A program made the translations under genes and the position numbers. Positions 1-9,829 of a stretch of 64,000 nt of DNA are shown here, in pieces (the first letter of the stretch is position 1; the number at the start of each line of letters is the position of its first letter). The stretch lies in contig CP122380.1 of assembly GCA_024650005.2 (NCBI GenBank), positions 64,001 through 128,000 on the forward strand. Direction: 5' to 3'. The notes under the pieces were generated by a model. It did not search any database and was not told the origin of the DNA. It was given only the letters and a program-made list of their open reading frames with translations. The DNA is from Candidatus Bathyarchaeum tardum (lineage in GTDB: Archaea > Thermoproteota > Bathyarchaeia > Bathyarchaeales > Bathyarchaeaceae).

Positions 1-784
1 CAAAGGCGTATGTAGCAGTAGTTGATCTTTTTTTTATTGTTACTTCATCAACACATGCTATTTCGTTAGTCCCAACAGTTTTAGCCCACCACCGAATCTG
101 GAAGTTTGAAACAAAATATTGACTGTCTGTAACTGTTTGGCTGTAATGGTGCCAACCATTTGCAGATTCTAACAGATTAAGGTCTTGGATAGTATCCCAT
201 GTGCTTCCGTCATAATACTGAAGAATAAAATCATCATTGTCAAGACGATGGTCATACCACCAGAACTCTACATATATTATTTCAGCATCTGAACAATTCA
301 AGATAGGTGAATACAGATATCCTGACTGTCCTCCACCACTTGAGAAGCCATCAAATTGTGCAGAATATGTTCCATCATGTTGGTATTCATTTTTTTTGTT
401 CCAGTTACCAGTTGCACTCCAACCAGCTGGTGGCCATTCAGCTTCAAAAGATTCGTTATTGATAAGAGTTACATTGTTTGTATCCAAACCTTCAGTGAAG
501 CTTGCAAAGCTACCATCAATGGATGCTGTAGCAGTGTACGTTCCACTTGTTTTGGTTCCGGTATTAACTGTGTATTCGCTTTGTGCGGTAAGCCATAAAG
601 CGGTTGTAGAAGATTTAGTGTTAACTATGGCTACGTTTTCTTTCATTTTTTCCCAGTCAGCTTGGGTCATTTCGTAGTCCCATAAGACAATGTCAGAAAC
701 TATGGCCAACATAATCACTAGGCTGAGGGCAACAACTATGATGTTGCTTACGCCCCGGCGGTCGTTTCTAAGGCGACGAAACAT
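1..784 (-). CDS. Large pilin/adhesin-like protein with class III (archaeal type IV pilin) signal peptide; 3' end runs off the window
   Basis: Not in ORF track because there is no stop in the window. Manual translation from ATG at 784 gives MFRRLRNDRRG|VSNIIVVALSLVIMLAIV..., a basic leader, G|V cleavage site and hydrophobic helix; it follows another pilin in the pilus operon. Confidence 0.8.
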   Translation of the reverse strand, partial: MFRRLRNDRRGVSNIIVVALSLVIMLAIVSDIVLWDYEMTQADWEKMKENVAIVNTKSSTTALWLTAQSEYTVNTGTKTSGTYTATASIDGSFASFTEGLDTNNVTLINNESFEAEWPPAGWSATGNWNKKNEYQHDGTYSAQFDGFSSGGGQSGYLYSPILNCSDAEIIYVEFWWYDHRLDNDDFILQYYDGSTWDTIQDLNLLESANGWHHYSQTVTDSQYFVSNFQIRWWAKTVGTNEIACVDEVTIKKRSTTATYAF

Positions 785-1169
785 AGTAATCCGCAACTTG
801 TGTTCCTCTCCCGGTTACAACTTTAATTTCATATTCAGTTTCTGGACTCCAACTGTAACTAACATGTAACCAACCATGTTTGCCCTCTTCCAAGTCCAAA
901 GGTGAAAAATCTTGGCGTATCTGGTTAACGTAAACGGCATCAACATCAATTTTAATCCGTCCAATGTTACGAACATAAACAGAAATTTGGTCTGAATTAA
1001 ACCAAACATCTTCAACAATGACTCTTTCACTCATGTTGTTGTGCAGACCATCAGTGATGATATATGTTGCGCTAACAGCGATGGACATACCCGCCACTGC
1101 AATTACAGTCAATAAAAGACTGCTCAGCACGGGGCTTACCCCTTTTTTGTTTCGCAACACTTTTCGCAC
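768..1169 (-). CDS. Archaeal type IV pilin/archaellin-like protein
   Basis: MRKVLRNKKG|VSPVLSSLLLTVIAV class III signal peptide; C-terminal Ig-like VYVRNIG...YEIKVVTGRG pattern. Confidence 0.9.
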   Translation of the reverse strand: MRKVLRNKKGVSPVLSSLLLTVIAVAGMSIAVSATYIITDGLHNNMSERVIVEDVWFNSDQISVYVRNIGRIKIDVDAVYVNQIRQDFSPLDLEEGKHGWLHVSYSWSPETEYEIKVVTGRGTQVADYYVSSP

Positions 1170-1181
1170 TTATGTTCTCTC

Positions 1182-1997
1182 CTACACTACCAATTTGAAT
1201 GCCAAATATCCAAAGACTAGCAAAATGACGCTATGTTTTAGACCACCGCCAACTGTTCCTTCCCCCATTTTTCCTGCGACTAAACCGCCAAAGAAGGCTT
1301 GAATTGAACTCATATGAAAGAAGATACGTTTTGCTTCGTTTGCAGGCATCATTTCGAACTGGCTGAGTTTAAAATCAGCTATGTCAACAAAGAACGATTT
1401 TAGAAGTATAATAATTGTGAACAAGAAAACAAAGAAAGCAACATAAATAATTGCAAGATAGGGTCTAGTTTGGGTTTTGCGTTCTTCATCAAAGGTTAAA
1501 GTTGTTTGCACAAAACTTTCTAATGGTTCAAAAATTTTTTCAACTTGTCCACCTGAATGTTGTGATTCAATAATCAACGGAATTGTTTGACGCATAAGAG
1601 CAGTATCAACACGTTTACCTAACGACTTCAAAGCGTCTTCAAACGAAACTCCCCAGCTCATTTGGGTAACCATTTTTTCTAGTTCTTTACTCATGGCACC
1701 GTAGTTTCTTTTAGAAGTATCTTCTACTGCTTGGGGCAAGGTCATTCCAGATTTTTGTGCTTGTACTATGCTCCGAAACAGGTCGGGAAGATGTTTATCT
1801 ATAGACCTTTTCCATCGGTGATCAACATAATCAAGAACCGAAGCGGGAAAAACTGTAATCACTACTGCCAAAAGCAAATATTCATCGAAAAGAGGTGTAT
1901 CCCAAAGCAAAATCACTGCTACGGCACACACAATAACCCCTAAGGTGCCGGAGACGATCCACGCAATTTTCTTTTCATGATTTTCGATTTTTGGCAT
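1182..1997 (-). CDS. Type II secretion/type IV pilus platform membrane protein (TadC/T2SSF family)
   Basis: LPDLFRSIVQAQKSGMTLPQA...MSWGVSFEDAL T2SSF domain, several TM helices, next to pilus ATPase. Confidence 0.9.
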   Translation of the reverse strand: MPKIENHEKKIAWIVSGTLGVIVCAVAVILLWDTPLFDEYLLLAVVITVFPASVLDYVDHRWKRSIDKHLPDLFRSIVQAQKSGMTLPQAVEDTSKRNYGAMSKELEKMVTQMSWGVSFEDALKSLGKRVDTALMRQTIPLIIESQHSGGQVEKIFEPLESFVQTTLTFDEERKTQTRPYLAIIYVAFFVFLFTIIILLKSFFVDIADFKLSQFEMMPANEAKRIFFHMSSIQAFFGGLVAGKMGEGTVGGGLKHSVILLVFGYLAFKLVV

Positions 1998-1999
1998 AT

Positions 2000-3004
2000 C
2001 TATCGCTTCGGTGAAACCATATCTATTATTACTAAAAATACCACAGAACCAATTGGTAATCCAATATAGGTAAGAAGCTGCAAGACAAGTCGTGAATCTA
2101 ATGAACCAAGAATGCCCCCACCTAACATTGCCATAACCGACAACATAACTACAAAGATGAGGGAGCCTGCAACCATCAAGGTAACATAAAATTCTGCCAA
2201 GACTGCAAGGTTATCCGAGAAACGTTTCAGTGAAATTTGTTTTAGTTTCATGTACTGTTCTGAGCGATTTCGGAGATATTTTACTAAACTTCCCCCAGAG
2301 TGAACTACAGAAATGAATCCTTCAATTAGTTCTTTGAATTTTTCTGACGGTGTCCGTTTGGAAGTGTTTTCTAAGGATGAAATAATGTCAAATCCTAGAA
2401 GTTCTACATCCCGAACAACATTTTTTGCCGTGTTAGAAACAGATAACGAATTATCAACTTGCGCCAAAGAATGCCAAATAGAATCGGCAGGCACACCTGC
2501 TCCTGCCAAGATTGACATGTAACCTGCTGTGAATGCAAGGTCGTCTTCTAGGTCTCGTTTTAGACTGTCTGCGCGGTAACTAGGATACGTGTAAAAAATG
2601 ACTGTGGTTAATGCCCCGCCAAGAAGGCTCAAGCCAACTCCAAACAAAATTGACAAAAACATAGAGAGTTTAACTACAAAAAACAAAACAGTGGGAACAA
2701 CCAGAATTATTGAAGTAAAAACCAACAAACTAACTAAAATTACGGTGCTAACGTATGCCTTGAAGTTTGTTTTCATTCCTGACTTTTTTAAACTAGAGTC
2801 AAGATCAGCAAATAACGGAAGAGCCTTTTTCACTTTTTCTCCAATTAGCTGATAAGCAAAAACATATGGCTTAGATTTCCCAAGATGAACACCATCAGAT
2901 AACTTGGAAACTTTACTGTTGTCCCCAGACTTTTTTCCCCTGAAAGCACTATTAATGCGCAAGTAAGCTCGTTTGAGCCACTTTCTTAGTTTTTGTGCAC
3001 TCAC
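2000..3004 (-). CDS. Type II secretion/type IV pilus platform membrane protein (TadB/TadC/ArlJ-like)
   Basis: T2SSF domain (YMSILAGAGVP...RTPSEKFKELIEGFISVVHSGG) and TM helices. Confidence 0.9.
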   Translation of the reverse strand: MSAQKLRKWLKRAYLRINSAFRGKKSGDNSKVSKLSDGVHLGKSKPYVFAYQLIGEKVKKALPLFADLDSSLKKSGMKTNFKAYVSTVILVSLLVFTSIILVVPTVLFFVVKLSMFLSILFGVGLSLLGGALTTVIFYTYPSYRADSLKRDLEDDLAFTAGYMSILAGAGVPADSIWHSLAQVDNSLSVSNTAKNVVRDVELLGFDIISSLENTSKRTPSEKFKELIEGFISVVHSGGSLVKYLRNRSEQYMKLKQISLKRFSDNLAVLAEFYVTLMVAGSLIFVVMLSVMAMLGGGILGSLDSRLVLQLLTYIGLPIGSVVFLVIIDMVSPKR

Positions 3005-4518
3005 GATTTTTCCATCCTAGCTCTGCGGAAAACCCGTATAGGATCAGCGTAATAGTCTTGGATAACTGAAACTACGTCTGTGTAATTGCGGATACCTTGG
3101 TTCACCATCCAGTCCAGAACGGTTTTTCGGTGAAAAAGTTCATCTTGAAGTTCTTTTTCATTAAGACCCTTCTGTTTCATTTTTTCGTCCAATAGATAAC
3201 TATGACCCGAATAGACGAACCGGTCAAATCTGGCGTCCCATCGGTAGACTTCGTGAGTTAGCAATTCTTTTGTTTTAGGGTCTAAACCAATAATTTCCGT
3301 TACTGAACGGGTTCTTCGAACTGGTTTACCTTTAACTTCTGTTCGCAGCTGAACAGGTATCGCATGTATCATGGTTAAAAGAGGTCGTGGAATGTTCATT
3401 GGCTCTGATTCCAAACGGTGAATAACAGAAGTTGCAGACTCGCCATGAATTGTTCCCATACCCAAGTGACCCGTCGCCATTGCTTGGAAAAGAGTATACG
3501 CTTCTTGACCTCGAACTTCACCAACAATCAGGTAGTCTGGTCGTTGCCTTACTGCTGCCTTCAACAAATCAAACAAAGTAACGTCTCCAGCGGCTTCATT
3601 CGCGTGACCAAAACCTGTTCGAGCAACAGAAGGAATCCAGTTTTCATGGGGTAAATTCAATTCAGCAGTGTCCTCTACGCTTACTAATTTCAGTCCAGGT
3701 TTGATGAACATTGAAAAACAGTTAAGAATCGTAGTTTTTCCTGAAGCAACGCCTCCAGCTACCAGAAAAGATGCTCTGTTTTCAATTGCAAACCAAAAAT
3801 ATGCCCCCATTTCTGCTGAAATTGTACCAAGGGCAATTAAATCTGTAATTGTCAAGGGGTCCAATCGGAAACGGCGGATCGTAAATGTTGAACCTCGTCG
3901 CGTGATTTCGTTTCCGTAGGTCATTTGAATTCGACTACCATCAGGCAACGACGCATCAAGAATTGGTGTTGCTAAAGAGATATTCTTTTTTGAAAGATAC
4001 GCCAGCCTTACAATAAAGGAATTAAGTTCTAAACTATCTTTGAAACTAACATTTGTTGAAAGGGATTCATAGTCACGGTGCCAAACATAGAGAGGTATGC
4101 CAACTCCGTCTGCTGAAATGTCTTCTATAAGAGGGTCTTTCATTAGGGCATCAATTTTTCCATAACCCAAAAAATCCCGTATTATGTAATAAGCGAGTTT
4201 GTCGATGGAACCCTCTACGATTTTTATTCGATAATCCTTGATTATTTCAGGAATTTTGGATTTCAGATAATCTTCTGCTTTTTTTCTAGTCTCGATTTCT
4301 TTGAGGTTAATGTCGATTTCTTCAATGAGTATTGTTTTGATTTCTTTTAGTAACTCTTCCTCTTCTTTGAGCAAGGTGGGCTCAATCAGTTCATATTTCA
4401 ATTTTTGATTGTTTGATTCGGTAACTATAGCTGCATAGACGTAGGGCTCATTTATTGGGTACACCTCACGGAAAACTGAGGCTTTTCGTCTAGGAGTGAA
4501 TTTTGAATCCGTTTTCAT
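3001..4518 (-). CDS. Type IV pilus assembly ATPase (VirB11/TadA/ArlI family)
   Basis: Walker A GGVASGKTT, SVEDTAEL, RQRPDYLIVGEVRG, TGH-GMGTIH motifs. Confidence 0.95.
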   Translation of the reverse strand: MKTDSKFTPRRKASVFREVYPINEPYVYAAIVTESNNQKLKYELIEPTLLKEEEELLKEIKTILIEEIDINLKEIETRKKAEDYLKSKIPEIIKDYRIKIVEGSIDKLAYYIIRDFLGYGKIDALMKDPLIEDISADGVGIPLYVWHRDYESLSTNVSFKDSLELNSFIVRLAYLSKKNISLATPILDASLPDGSRIQMTYGNEITRRGSTFTIRRFRLDPLTITDLIALGTISAEMGAYFWFAIENRASFLVAGGVASGKTTILNCFSMFIKPGLKLVSVEDTAELNLPHENWIPSVARTGFGHANEAAGDVTLFDLLKAAVRQRPDYLIVGEVRGQEAYTLFQAMATGHLGMGTIHGESATSVIHRLESEPMNIPRPLLTMIHAIPVQLRTEVKGKPVRRTRSVTEIIGLDPKTKELLTHEVYRWDARFDRFVYSGHSYLLDEKMKQKGLNEKELQDELFHRKTVLDWMVNQGIRNYTDVVSVIQDYYADPIRVFRRARMEKS

Positions 4519-4664
4519 CCGATCTCACATTTAATCGATTCTTGTTAGCCCTAGCTAATTGATTGGTTTTGGTTTTTCAAGTATTGCCTAAAAAAATAGG
4601 GCTTCTTAAGACTTAATAAAACATGTGTATTTAAAATCACTTTACAAAATTAACAAGCAAGAAA

Positions 4665-6443
4665 TCAAACACCCCAAAAGGGTGATTCACGGCGCATAAG
4701 TTCCGTATATTCTACCAAAGCTTCAAGTTCATCAGGAGACAATCGGTCTTCAAACTTGGTCCGCAACATTTTAGCATGCTTTTCAGGTAAACGCACAAAG
4801 AAAATTTCACCTTCATGAATATGGCGACCAACAATCGTTTTATTTAACGAAACTGCAACCTGAGAACCAACCTTTGCTTCAGAGGCAGCTTTGCCTTTAT
4901 CCTGAATTTGTGAAATTTCTCCTATATTTTTTCCGTCTTCTTTAACAAGGATTTGTTTTGGTTTTACTGTTCCTGCTAGAACCTCAACACCCACAACTGC
5001 TGGTTTTGCTTTCCGAAAAACATAACCTGGAAGAAACCTGACTTTGACAGGCTTAATTAACCGGTTGAATTCTTCGTCAAGGCGAGCCTCATCTTCTTGT
5101 TTTAGCCAGTCAGTGTATTCGTCAATCAAACTGTAAATGGTTTTTTCGTTAAAAATGGGTATATCACGGTTTCTTGCTTCTTCTTCAGCGTCAGGTAAAA
5201 CTTTAACATTAAAAGCCAAAATCGCTCCATAGAGAGGCTCACGTTCTTTGACTACTGCCGCTTTGGTAACATCCCGTTTAGAAACATCGCCAACATCAGC
5301 TAATTTTATTGGGACCCCACTGTTTTTTAGGCTCTCGGCAATTGCTTCAAGAGAACCCAAAGCATCAGTTTTCAGAATAATTCCATCTAAATCAGTATCA
5401 ATTTTGATTTGTTCAACTTCATCAGTAACAAGCTGAACAAACTCGTCAAGACGATCTTCAGACGGAACAGTATAGACCGGTGCACCTGCTAAGGTGTCTT
5501 CAAGATCTGGAGCCGCAATTTTCACTCCCGCAGCTGCAGAAACACAATCAACAGAAGTAAACTTGTCTCGAGGATCCCGAATTTCATCTAAGGGTTTGGG
5601 CAAGAAAACCGCCCGAATGTTAGTCACAATCGGTTTTTCTTTAGCACCCACAACAATAAGATCACCTTTTTGCAGAATTCCATCATAAATAATCACGTTT
5701 GCTGTTATGCCTAGCCCGGGCTCTTCTTTTACTTCCAGAACGGTTCCTTTGGCTGGACCTTCTGTTGTTTTTAGCCTATGCTGCAGATAATGCTGGGTTA
5801 AACCGATTAGAACGGCTAACAGTTCTGGAATTCCTTCTCCTGTTGTTGCACTTGTAGGAACAATGGCGATTGTTTTGGAGAAATCTTTTACGTTGTCGAA
5901 TTTGTCGGTTCGGAATCCAAGACGAGAAAAGGTTCCCATAAGGCGATACAAGTTTTCATCCAAAGCTTGTTGAACGTAAGGGTCTTGGCTTTTATATGAC
6001 GCTGTGAAACTTTGTCCTTCTTTAGGTTTCCATCCCGGAACCCTGTCAAGTTTGTTTGCTGCAACAAGAAAGGGAGTTTTTTTTTCTTTCAAAATTTCGA
6101 TGCACTCATAAGTTTGGGCTTCAAACCCTTTCAAAACGTCAACGACAAGAATTGCAATGTCAGCTACTGCGCCGCCTCTTTTTCTTAAGTTAACAAAAGC
6201 TTCGTGACCTGGAGTGTCTACGACAAGTAACCCCGGAAGCTGAACATCTTTTTGCATTCCTTTAAACAAAGGTCCGCAGATTTTAGCCAAAGTTTCAACG
6301 GGAAAATAGCTTGCCCCAATGTGCTGGGTTATTCCGCCTACTTCGCGGGCTTGGACACTGCTTTTTCTGATTTTGTCTAGCAGTTTGGTTTTTCCAGCGT
6401 CTATATGACCTAATACAGAAACAATTGGTTGACGTATTGGCAA
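4665..6443 (-). CDS. infB: Translation initiation factor aIF5B (IF-2)
   Basis: IRQPIVSVLGHIDAGKT, GGITQHIGA, DTPGHEAF, NKLD GTPase motifs. Confidence 0.97.
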   Translation of the reverse strand: MPIRQPIVSVLGHIDAGKTKLLDKIRKSSVQAREVGGITQHIGASYFPVETLAKICGPLFKGMQKDVQLPGLLVVDTPGHEAFVNLRKRGGAVADIAILVVDVLKGFEAQTYECIEILKEKKTPFLVAANKLDRVPGWKPKEGQSFTASYKSQDPYVQQALDENLYRLMGTFSRLGFRTDKFDNVKDFSKTIAIVPTSATTGEGIPELLAVLIGLTQHYLQHRLKTTEGPAKGTVLEVKEEPGLGITANVIIYDGILQKGDLIVVGAKEKPIVTNIRAVFLPKPLDEIRDPRDKFTSVDCVSAAAGVKIAAPDLEDTLAGAPVYTVPSEDRLDEFVQLVTDEVEQIKIDTDLDGIILKTDALGSLEAIAESLKNSGVPIKLADVGDVSKRDVTKAAVVKEREPLYGAILAFNVKVLPDAEEEARNRDIPIFNEKTIYSLIDEYTDWLKQEDEARLDEEFNRLIKPVKVRFLPGYVFRKAKPAVVGVEVLAGTVKPKQILVKEDGKNIGEISQIQDKGKAASEAKVGSQVAVSLNKTIVGRHIHEGEIFFVRLPEKHAKMLRTKFEDRLSPDELEALVEYTELMRRESPFWGV

Positions 6444-6528
6444 CAGCTTTTCCTCAATATTATTTTCAATAAACGGCGGCTATTTAGCTTATACTTTAAA
6501 AAAAGAAAAAGCTGAACTAGATTTGAAC

Positions 6529-7179
6529 CTAGTTTAATTTGTCAATAGCAATGTAACATTGAGAAAGTATCTTTTCAACTTCATCAATGTTGTAGTTGGC
6601 GTCAATGTCAGCTACCAAACCTTTGTTCCGCAAATAATCGGTAACTGGTTTGGTTTTTTCGTGATAAACTGCTAACCGGTTTTTTATGACTTCAGGTTTT
6701 TCGTCCGACCTTTGAATAAGTTCTCCACTGCAACCATCACAGACACCTTCAACTTTTGGAAGTATATTTTTTACATGATATGTTGAACCACATTTGTTGC
6801 ATGTTCGTCGTCCGCTGATTCGTTCCATTATTACTTCGTCAGGAGCAACAAAATTCAACGCCAAATCGAGTTTTTTGAAACTAGGCATTGCTTCTGCCTG
6901 GGGAACTGTTCGGGGATATCCATCTAGAATGAATCCGTTTTTGCAGTCATCTTCGTCGAGTCGGTTTTTTACTAGTTCGTTGACTATTTCGTCGGGAACA
7001 AGTTCACCACTGGAAACGATGCTTTTTATTCGCAATCCTAGAGGTGTTTCGTTTTTTATGGCATTACGGAAAAGGTCACCAACAGAAATAGTTGGGATGA
7101 TATATTTTTTTGCAAGATATTTTGCGTATGTTCCTTTGCCTACTCCAGGCGGGCCAAGGACAACAAGATTCATGGTCAA
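6529..7179 (-). CDS. adk: Adenylate kinase, bacterial type with Zn-binding LID
   Basis: GPPGVGKGT P-loop, GELVPD, GFILDGYPRT, LID CNKC...CDGC. Confidence 0.93.
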   Translation of the reverse strand: MTMNLVVLGPPGVGKGTYAKYLAKKYIIPTISVGDLFRNAIKNETPLGLRIKSIVSSGELVPDEIVNELVKNRLDEDDCKNGFILDGYPRTVPQAEAMPSFKKLDLALNFVAPDEVIMERISGRRTCNKCGSTYHVKNILPKVEGVCDGCSGELIQRSDEKPEVIKNRLAVYHEKTKPVTDYLRNKGLVADIDANYNIDEVEKILSQCYIAIDKLN

Positions 7180-7225
7180 TCATTTAACCTCCGAAGTATG
7201 ACAAAAAATAGAGAAAAATAAGGAA

Positions 7226-7423
7226 TTAAGCTCTTCCTTTCTCTTCCTTTCCGAAGTATTTTGTCCACTTGACTTTTCGTGAGTCACGCTTTAAGTTGAT
7301 AGAACTTTTTCGGCACTTGTTAGAACAGAACTGTAATGTTGTTCCGTCGTTTCGGACGTACATCATGCCTGTGCCTGGCGGAAATTCATGCCCGCAAAAT
7401 GAACAAATTTTGGACTTTGGCAC
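7226..7423 (-). CDS. rpl24e: 50S ribosomal protein L24e
   Basis: [21 protein letters not shown]...FCSNKC...KWT. Confidence 0.97.
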   Translation of the reverse strand: MPKSKICSFCGHEFPPGTGMMYVRNDGTTLQFCSNKCRKSSINLKRDSRKVKWTKYFGKEEKGRA

Positions 7424-7435
7424 GTTAATTCACCT

Positions 7436-7657
7436 TTATCTTCTGAGCCGTTTTGCTTCCCGTTCAGTGTCTCGCAAAACAAGAATGTCGTTTGCACGAA
7501 CTGGACCTTTCACGTTTCTTGTTATGATTCGTCCTTTGTCTTGTCCTTCAAGAACACGAACTCGAACCTGAGTAATTTCGCCAGTAGTCCCTGTTCTTCC
7601 AACTACTTGGATGACTTCTGCGGGAACTAGCTCATCAGATTCTTCTCGTTTGCTCAT
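7436..7657 (-). CDS. rps28e: 30S ribosomal protein S28e
   Basis: [26 protein letters not shown]...RNVKGPVR...ETEREA-like. Confidence 0.97.
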   Translation of the reverse strand: MSKREESDELVPAEVIQVVGRTGTTGEITQVRVRVLEGQDKGRIITRNVKGPVRANDILVLRDTEREAKRLRR

Positions 7658-8046
7658 TCAGAGCCCTTCTGTTTAAGTTCCTCAAGTCTGCTTGAAATTT
7701 CCTTCACCAAAGCGACAGCCTCACCAACATTGGCGATTGCTGCTGCAGCTGAAGAAACTTCGATTCCGGAGGAAACTCCAAGTTTTTCTCTACTGGGTAC
7801 GAACACGTAAGGAATTTTACGTTCTTCACAGAGAAGTGGAAGATGTGCCACAACTTCCGGTGGGTCAACATCGTTTGCAATAACTACAAGTTTTGCTTGA
7901 CCTCTTTCTACGGATTTTGTTGTTTCGTTAGTACCAATTCTAACTGATCCTGTTCGGCTGGCTATTTGCAGGGCTTCATAGGCTGCATCTGCCACAGCTT
8001 CAGGAACCTCAAATTTTGCATAAAATGGTTTTGACATATGCCTCAC
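7654..8046 (-). CDS. rpl7ae: 50S ribosomal protein L7Ae (true start probably ATG at 8037)
   Basis: [38 protein letters not shown]; GGTGA RBS before the second Met. Confidence 0.97.
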   Translation of the reverse strand: MRHMSKPFYAKFEVPEAVADAAYEALQIASRTGSVRIGTNETTKSVERGQAKLVVIANDVDPPEVVAHLPLLCEERKIPYVFVPSREKLGVSSGIEVSSAAAAIANVGEAVALVKEISSRLEELKQKGSE

Positions 8047-8190
8047 CCTTAGTTTTTCAAGTGCAGAGTTTATCGATAACAGGCTTTATCAATGTTTCTA
8101 CCTGAACTGCCTAGGAAATAAACATTTAGATTTAGAATTTTAGATTTTTGATTGCCATTTTGTTAGAAAAAACAACATAGAAAAGCCAAG

Positions 8191-8304
8191 TGCCCTCATC
8201 GGGTTTGTACCACGCCACCCTGATAATTCAAATTTTGGTTATCTCACGTTGAGATGATACATAAACGGGATTTACGCATGCAGATCAAGCTCACGATGAG
8301 AGCA
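8191..8304 (-). ncRNA. Putative structured small RNA of unknown family
   Basis: 11-bp terminal stem (UGCUCUCAUCG/CGAUGAGGGCA) and internal hairpins with G-U pairs favouring the minus strand; TTATTA box about 25 nt upstream and T-rich tract downstream; GC-richer than its flanks. Confidence 0.45.
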
Positions 8305-8452
8305 AAAAACGGATAGGCCGAGTTACAGTAATAAGTCTTATGAATCCACAACCAAGCTTCAACTAATGGTGAGGACAAAACAGCCTCACAAACATATCGT
8401 TATAACATTTGAAATACTATTATTTCATACATTTACTTTTTAATTTACAAAT

Positions 8453-8815
8453 TTGGGGTTTCAGAATATGAGGATGTGGATGGTTAACCCGAAAATAATG
8501 TGTCGGCAGCATCTTTTGGGGGAACATGTCGAAATTCACATGTTTATTGGGACCTTAAATCAAGAAAAATCAGTGAAGGGATATTTGGAAAAGGGGCTTC
8601 TTGAAGTACATAATTTGTATTTTCGCCATCAAAAACTCGTTGAAGAAATGAAACGCAGAGGGTATAATCATTGCTCTGAAGTTGAGTCGGAATGGAAATT
8701 TGCAGAAAAGTTGGGAGTAGTTAATATTGAAAAAAATCTTGAAGAACTCATCAATCGTTGTCCAATATGCAAAAAAAGATACTTTGAATCAAAAAATCAG
8801 CTCAAAATAAGTTAA
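8453..8815 (+). CDS. Pyrimidine dimer DNA glycosylase/endonuclease V family protein (start probably ATG 8468)
   Basis: MRMWMVNPKIMCRQHLLGEHVEIH and LVEEMKRRGYNH match T4 denV-like (Pyr_excise) motifs. Confidence 0.8.
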   Translation: MGFQNMRMWMVNPKIMCRQHLLGEHVEIHMFIGTLNQEKSVKGYLEKGLLEVHNLYFRHQKLVEEMKRRGYNHCSEVESEWKFAEKLGVVNIEKNLEELINRCPICKKRYFESKNQLKIS

Positions 8816-8942
8816 GGTTGGCATCGGTCTATGGTTTGGTTTTTTTTAAAAATGGCAGTTTTCAACATAGAACTGCTATTATTAATAGTAATATGATTTT
8901 TTGATTAGGGTTGATTTTAGTCTTGAAAATATAGAAAAACTG

Positions 8943-9551
8943 TTAGTTTTTTTCTATATTACAGATAGATGTAGCAACCGCAAGCAAGTAAGGGGAATGA
9001 GCTAAAATTCCATATTCGCCAGTGACTGCGTCTTGAAATGGTGAAAGGTGTGGAGGATAGAAAGTGAAAATGACAAACAAGACAGCTAAAACTGCCAAGG
9101 CAATTATTGAAATTAGTTCTACTGTTTTGTTTTGTTGCTTAAAGCTCAAAAGTTTGTAGCTAAGAAACTGTCCAACAATGACGGCGATAATGAAGCTTAA
9201 AATGTCTATTACAAGAATGGCTTCACAGGTAATGCTTGTGTAGCTGTAAAAAATTGCTGGAATTATTAGAATTATTGTGAAAGCAGCAACGGCTTTTGCC
9301 AAAAAGAAGTTGTTTGTTTTATCTCTTATTTTCCAGTATTCAATAACTGTGAATATTATTAATGGCCAGAATCCTAGTTTAAGGTGTTCCCAGACACTTT
9401 CGTTTACTGCAGAAAAAGCACCAACTATAGGATTGAACCCTGACAATTCGAATATGAAATGAAATAAACTTCCTAGAACAGTAATGAAAAGCACTCCAAT
9501 GATTTCGTAAGTTAAAACGGTTCTTTTTTGAAATTTATCCATTAAAATCAC
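8943..9551 (-). CDS. Integral membrane protein (DUF6512-like)
   Basis: GSLFHFIFELSG...VNESVWEHLKL motif, about 5 TM helices, FTFYPP. Confidence 0.65.
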   Translation of the reverse strand: MILMDKFQKRTVLTYEIIGVLFITVLGSLFHFIFELSGFNPIVGAFSAVNESVWEHLKLGFWPLIIFTVIEYWKIRDKTNNFFLAKAVAAFTIILIIPAIFYSYTSITCEAILVIDILSFIIAVIVGQFLSYKLLSFKQQNKTVELISIIALAVLAVLFVIFTFYPPHLSPFQDAVTGEYGILAHSPYLLAVATSICNIEKN

Positions 9552-9661
9552 GCAGAATATATTTGACCCAGTTTGGATTTAAGATTTGACATGGTTTTTT
9601 GAAAACGTAAATAGGGGGGTTTGTATTAGTAGGTTTAAACACCCAAAACGTGTTGGTTGCG

Positions 9662-9829
9662 ATGGTTTGGTTGCTTAGAAAATGTGTGAAATGTGAAAAA
9701 TATACGTTAAATCAGGATGTTTGTCCTGCGTGTGGAGCAAAGGTGCGTATTCCACATCCAGCTAAATTTTCGCCCGAAGACCGTTATGCAAAGTATCGAC
9801 AAGCAATAAGAGAGCCGAAACAAAAATGA
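9662..9829 (+). CDS. nop10: H/ACA RNP protein Nop10
   Basis: Missing from ORF track (55 aa). Manual translation MVWLLRKCVKCEKYTLNQDVCPACGAKVRIPHPAKFSPEDRYAKYR; ATGA overlap with the PAC2 gene. Confidence 0.95.
   Translation: MVWLLRKCVKCEKYTLNQDVCPACGAKVRIPHPAKFSPEDRYAKYRQAIREPKQK

Noticed and set aside
237-677. Plus-strand ORFs 237-677 and 356-598
   Set aside because: Shadows of the minus-strand pilin-like gene 1-784
8191-8304. tRNA, permuted tRNA or 5S rRNA
   Set aside because: A D-loop-like GTGGCGTGGTA and an AAATCCCG are present, but there is no GTTC T-loop, no cloverleaf and no 5S conserved loops
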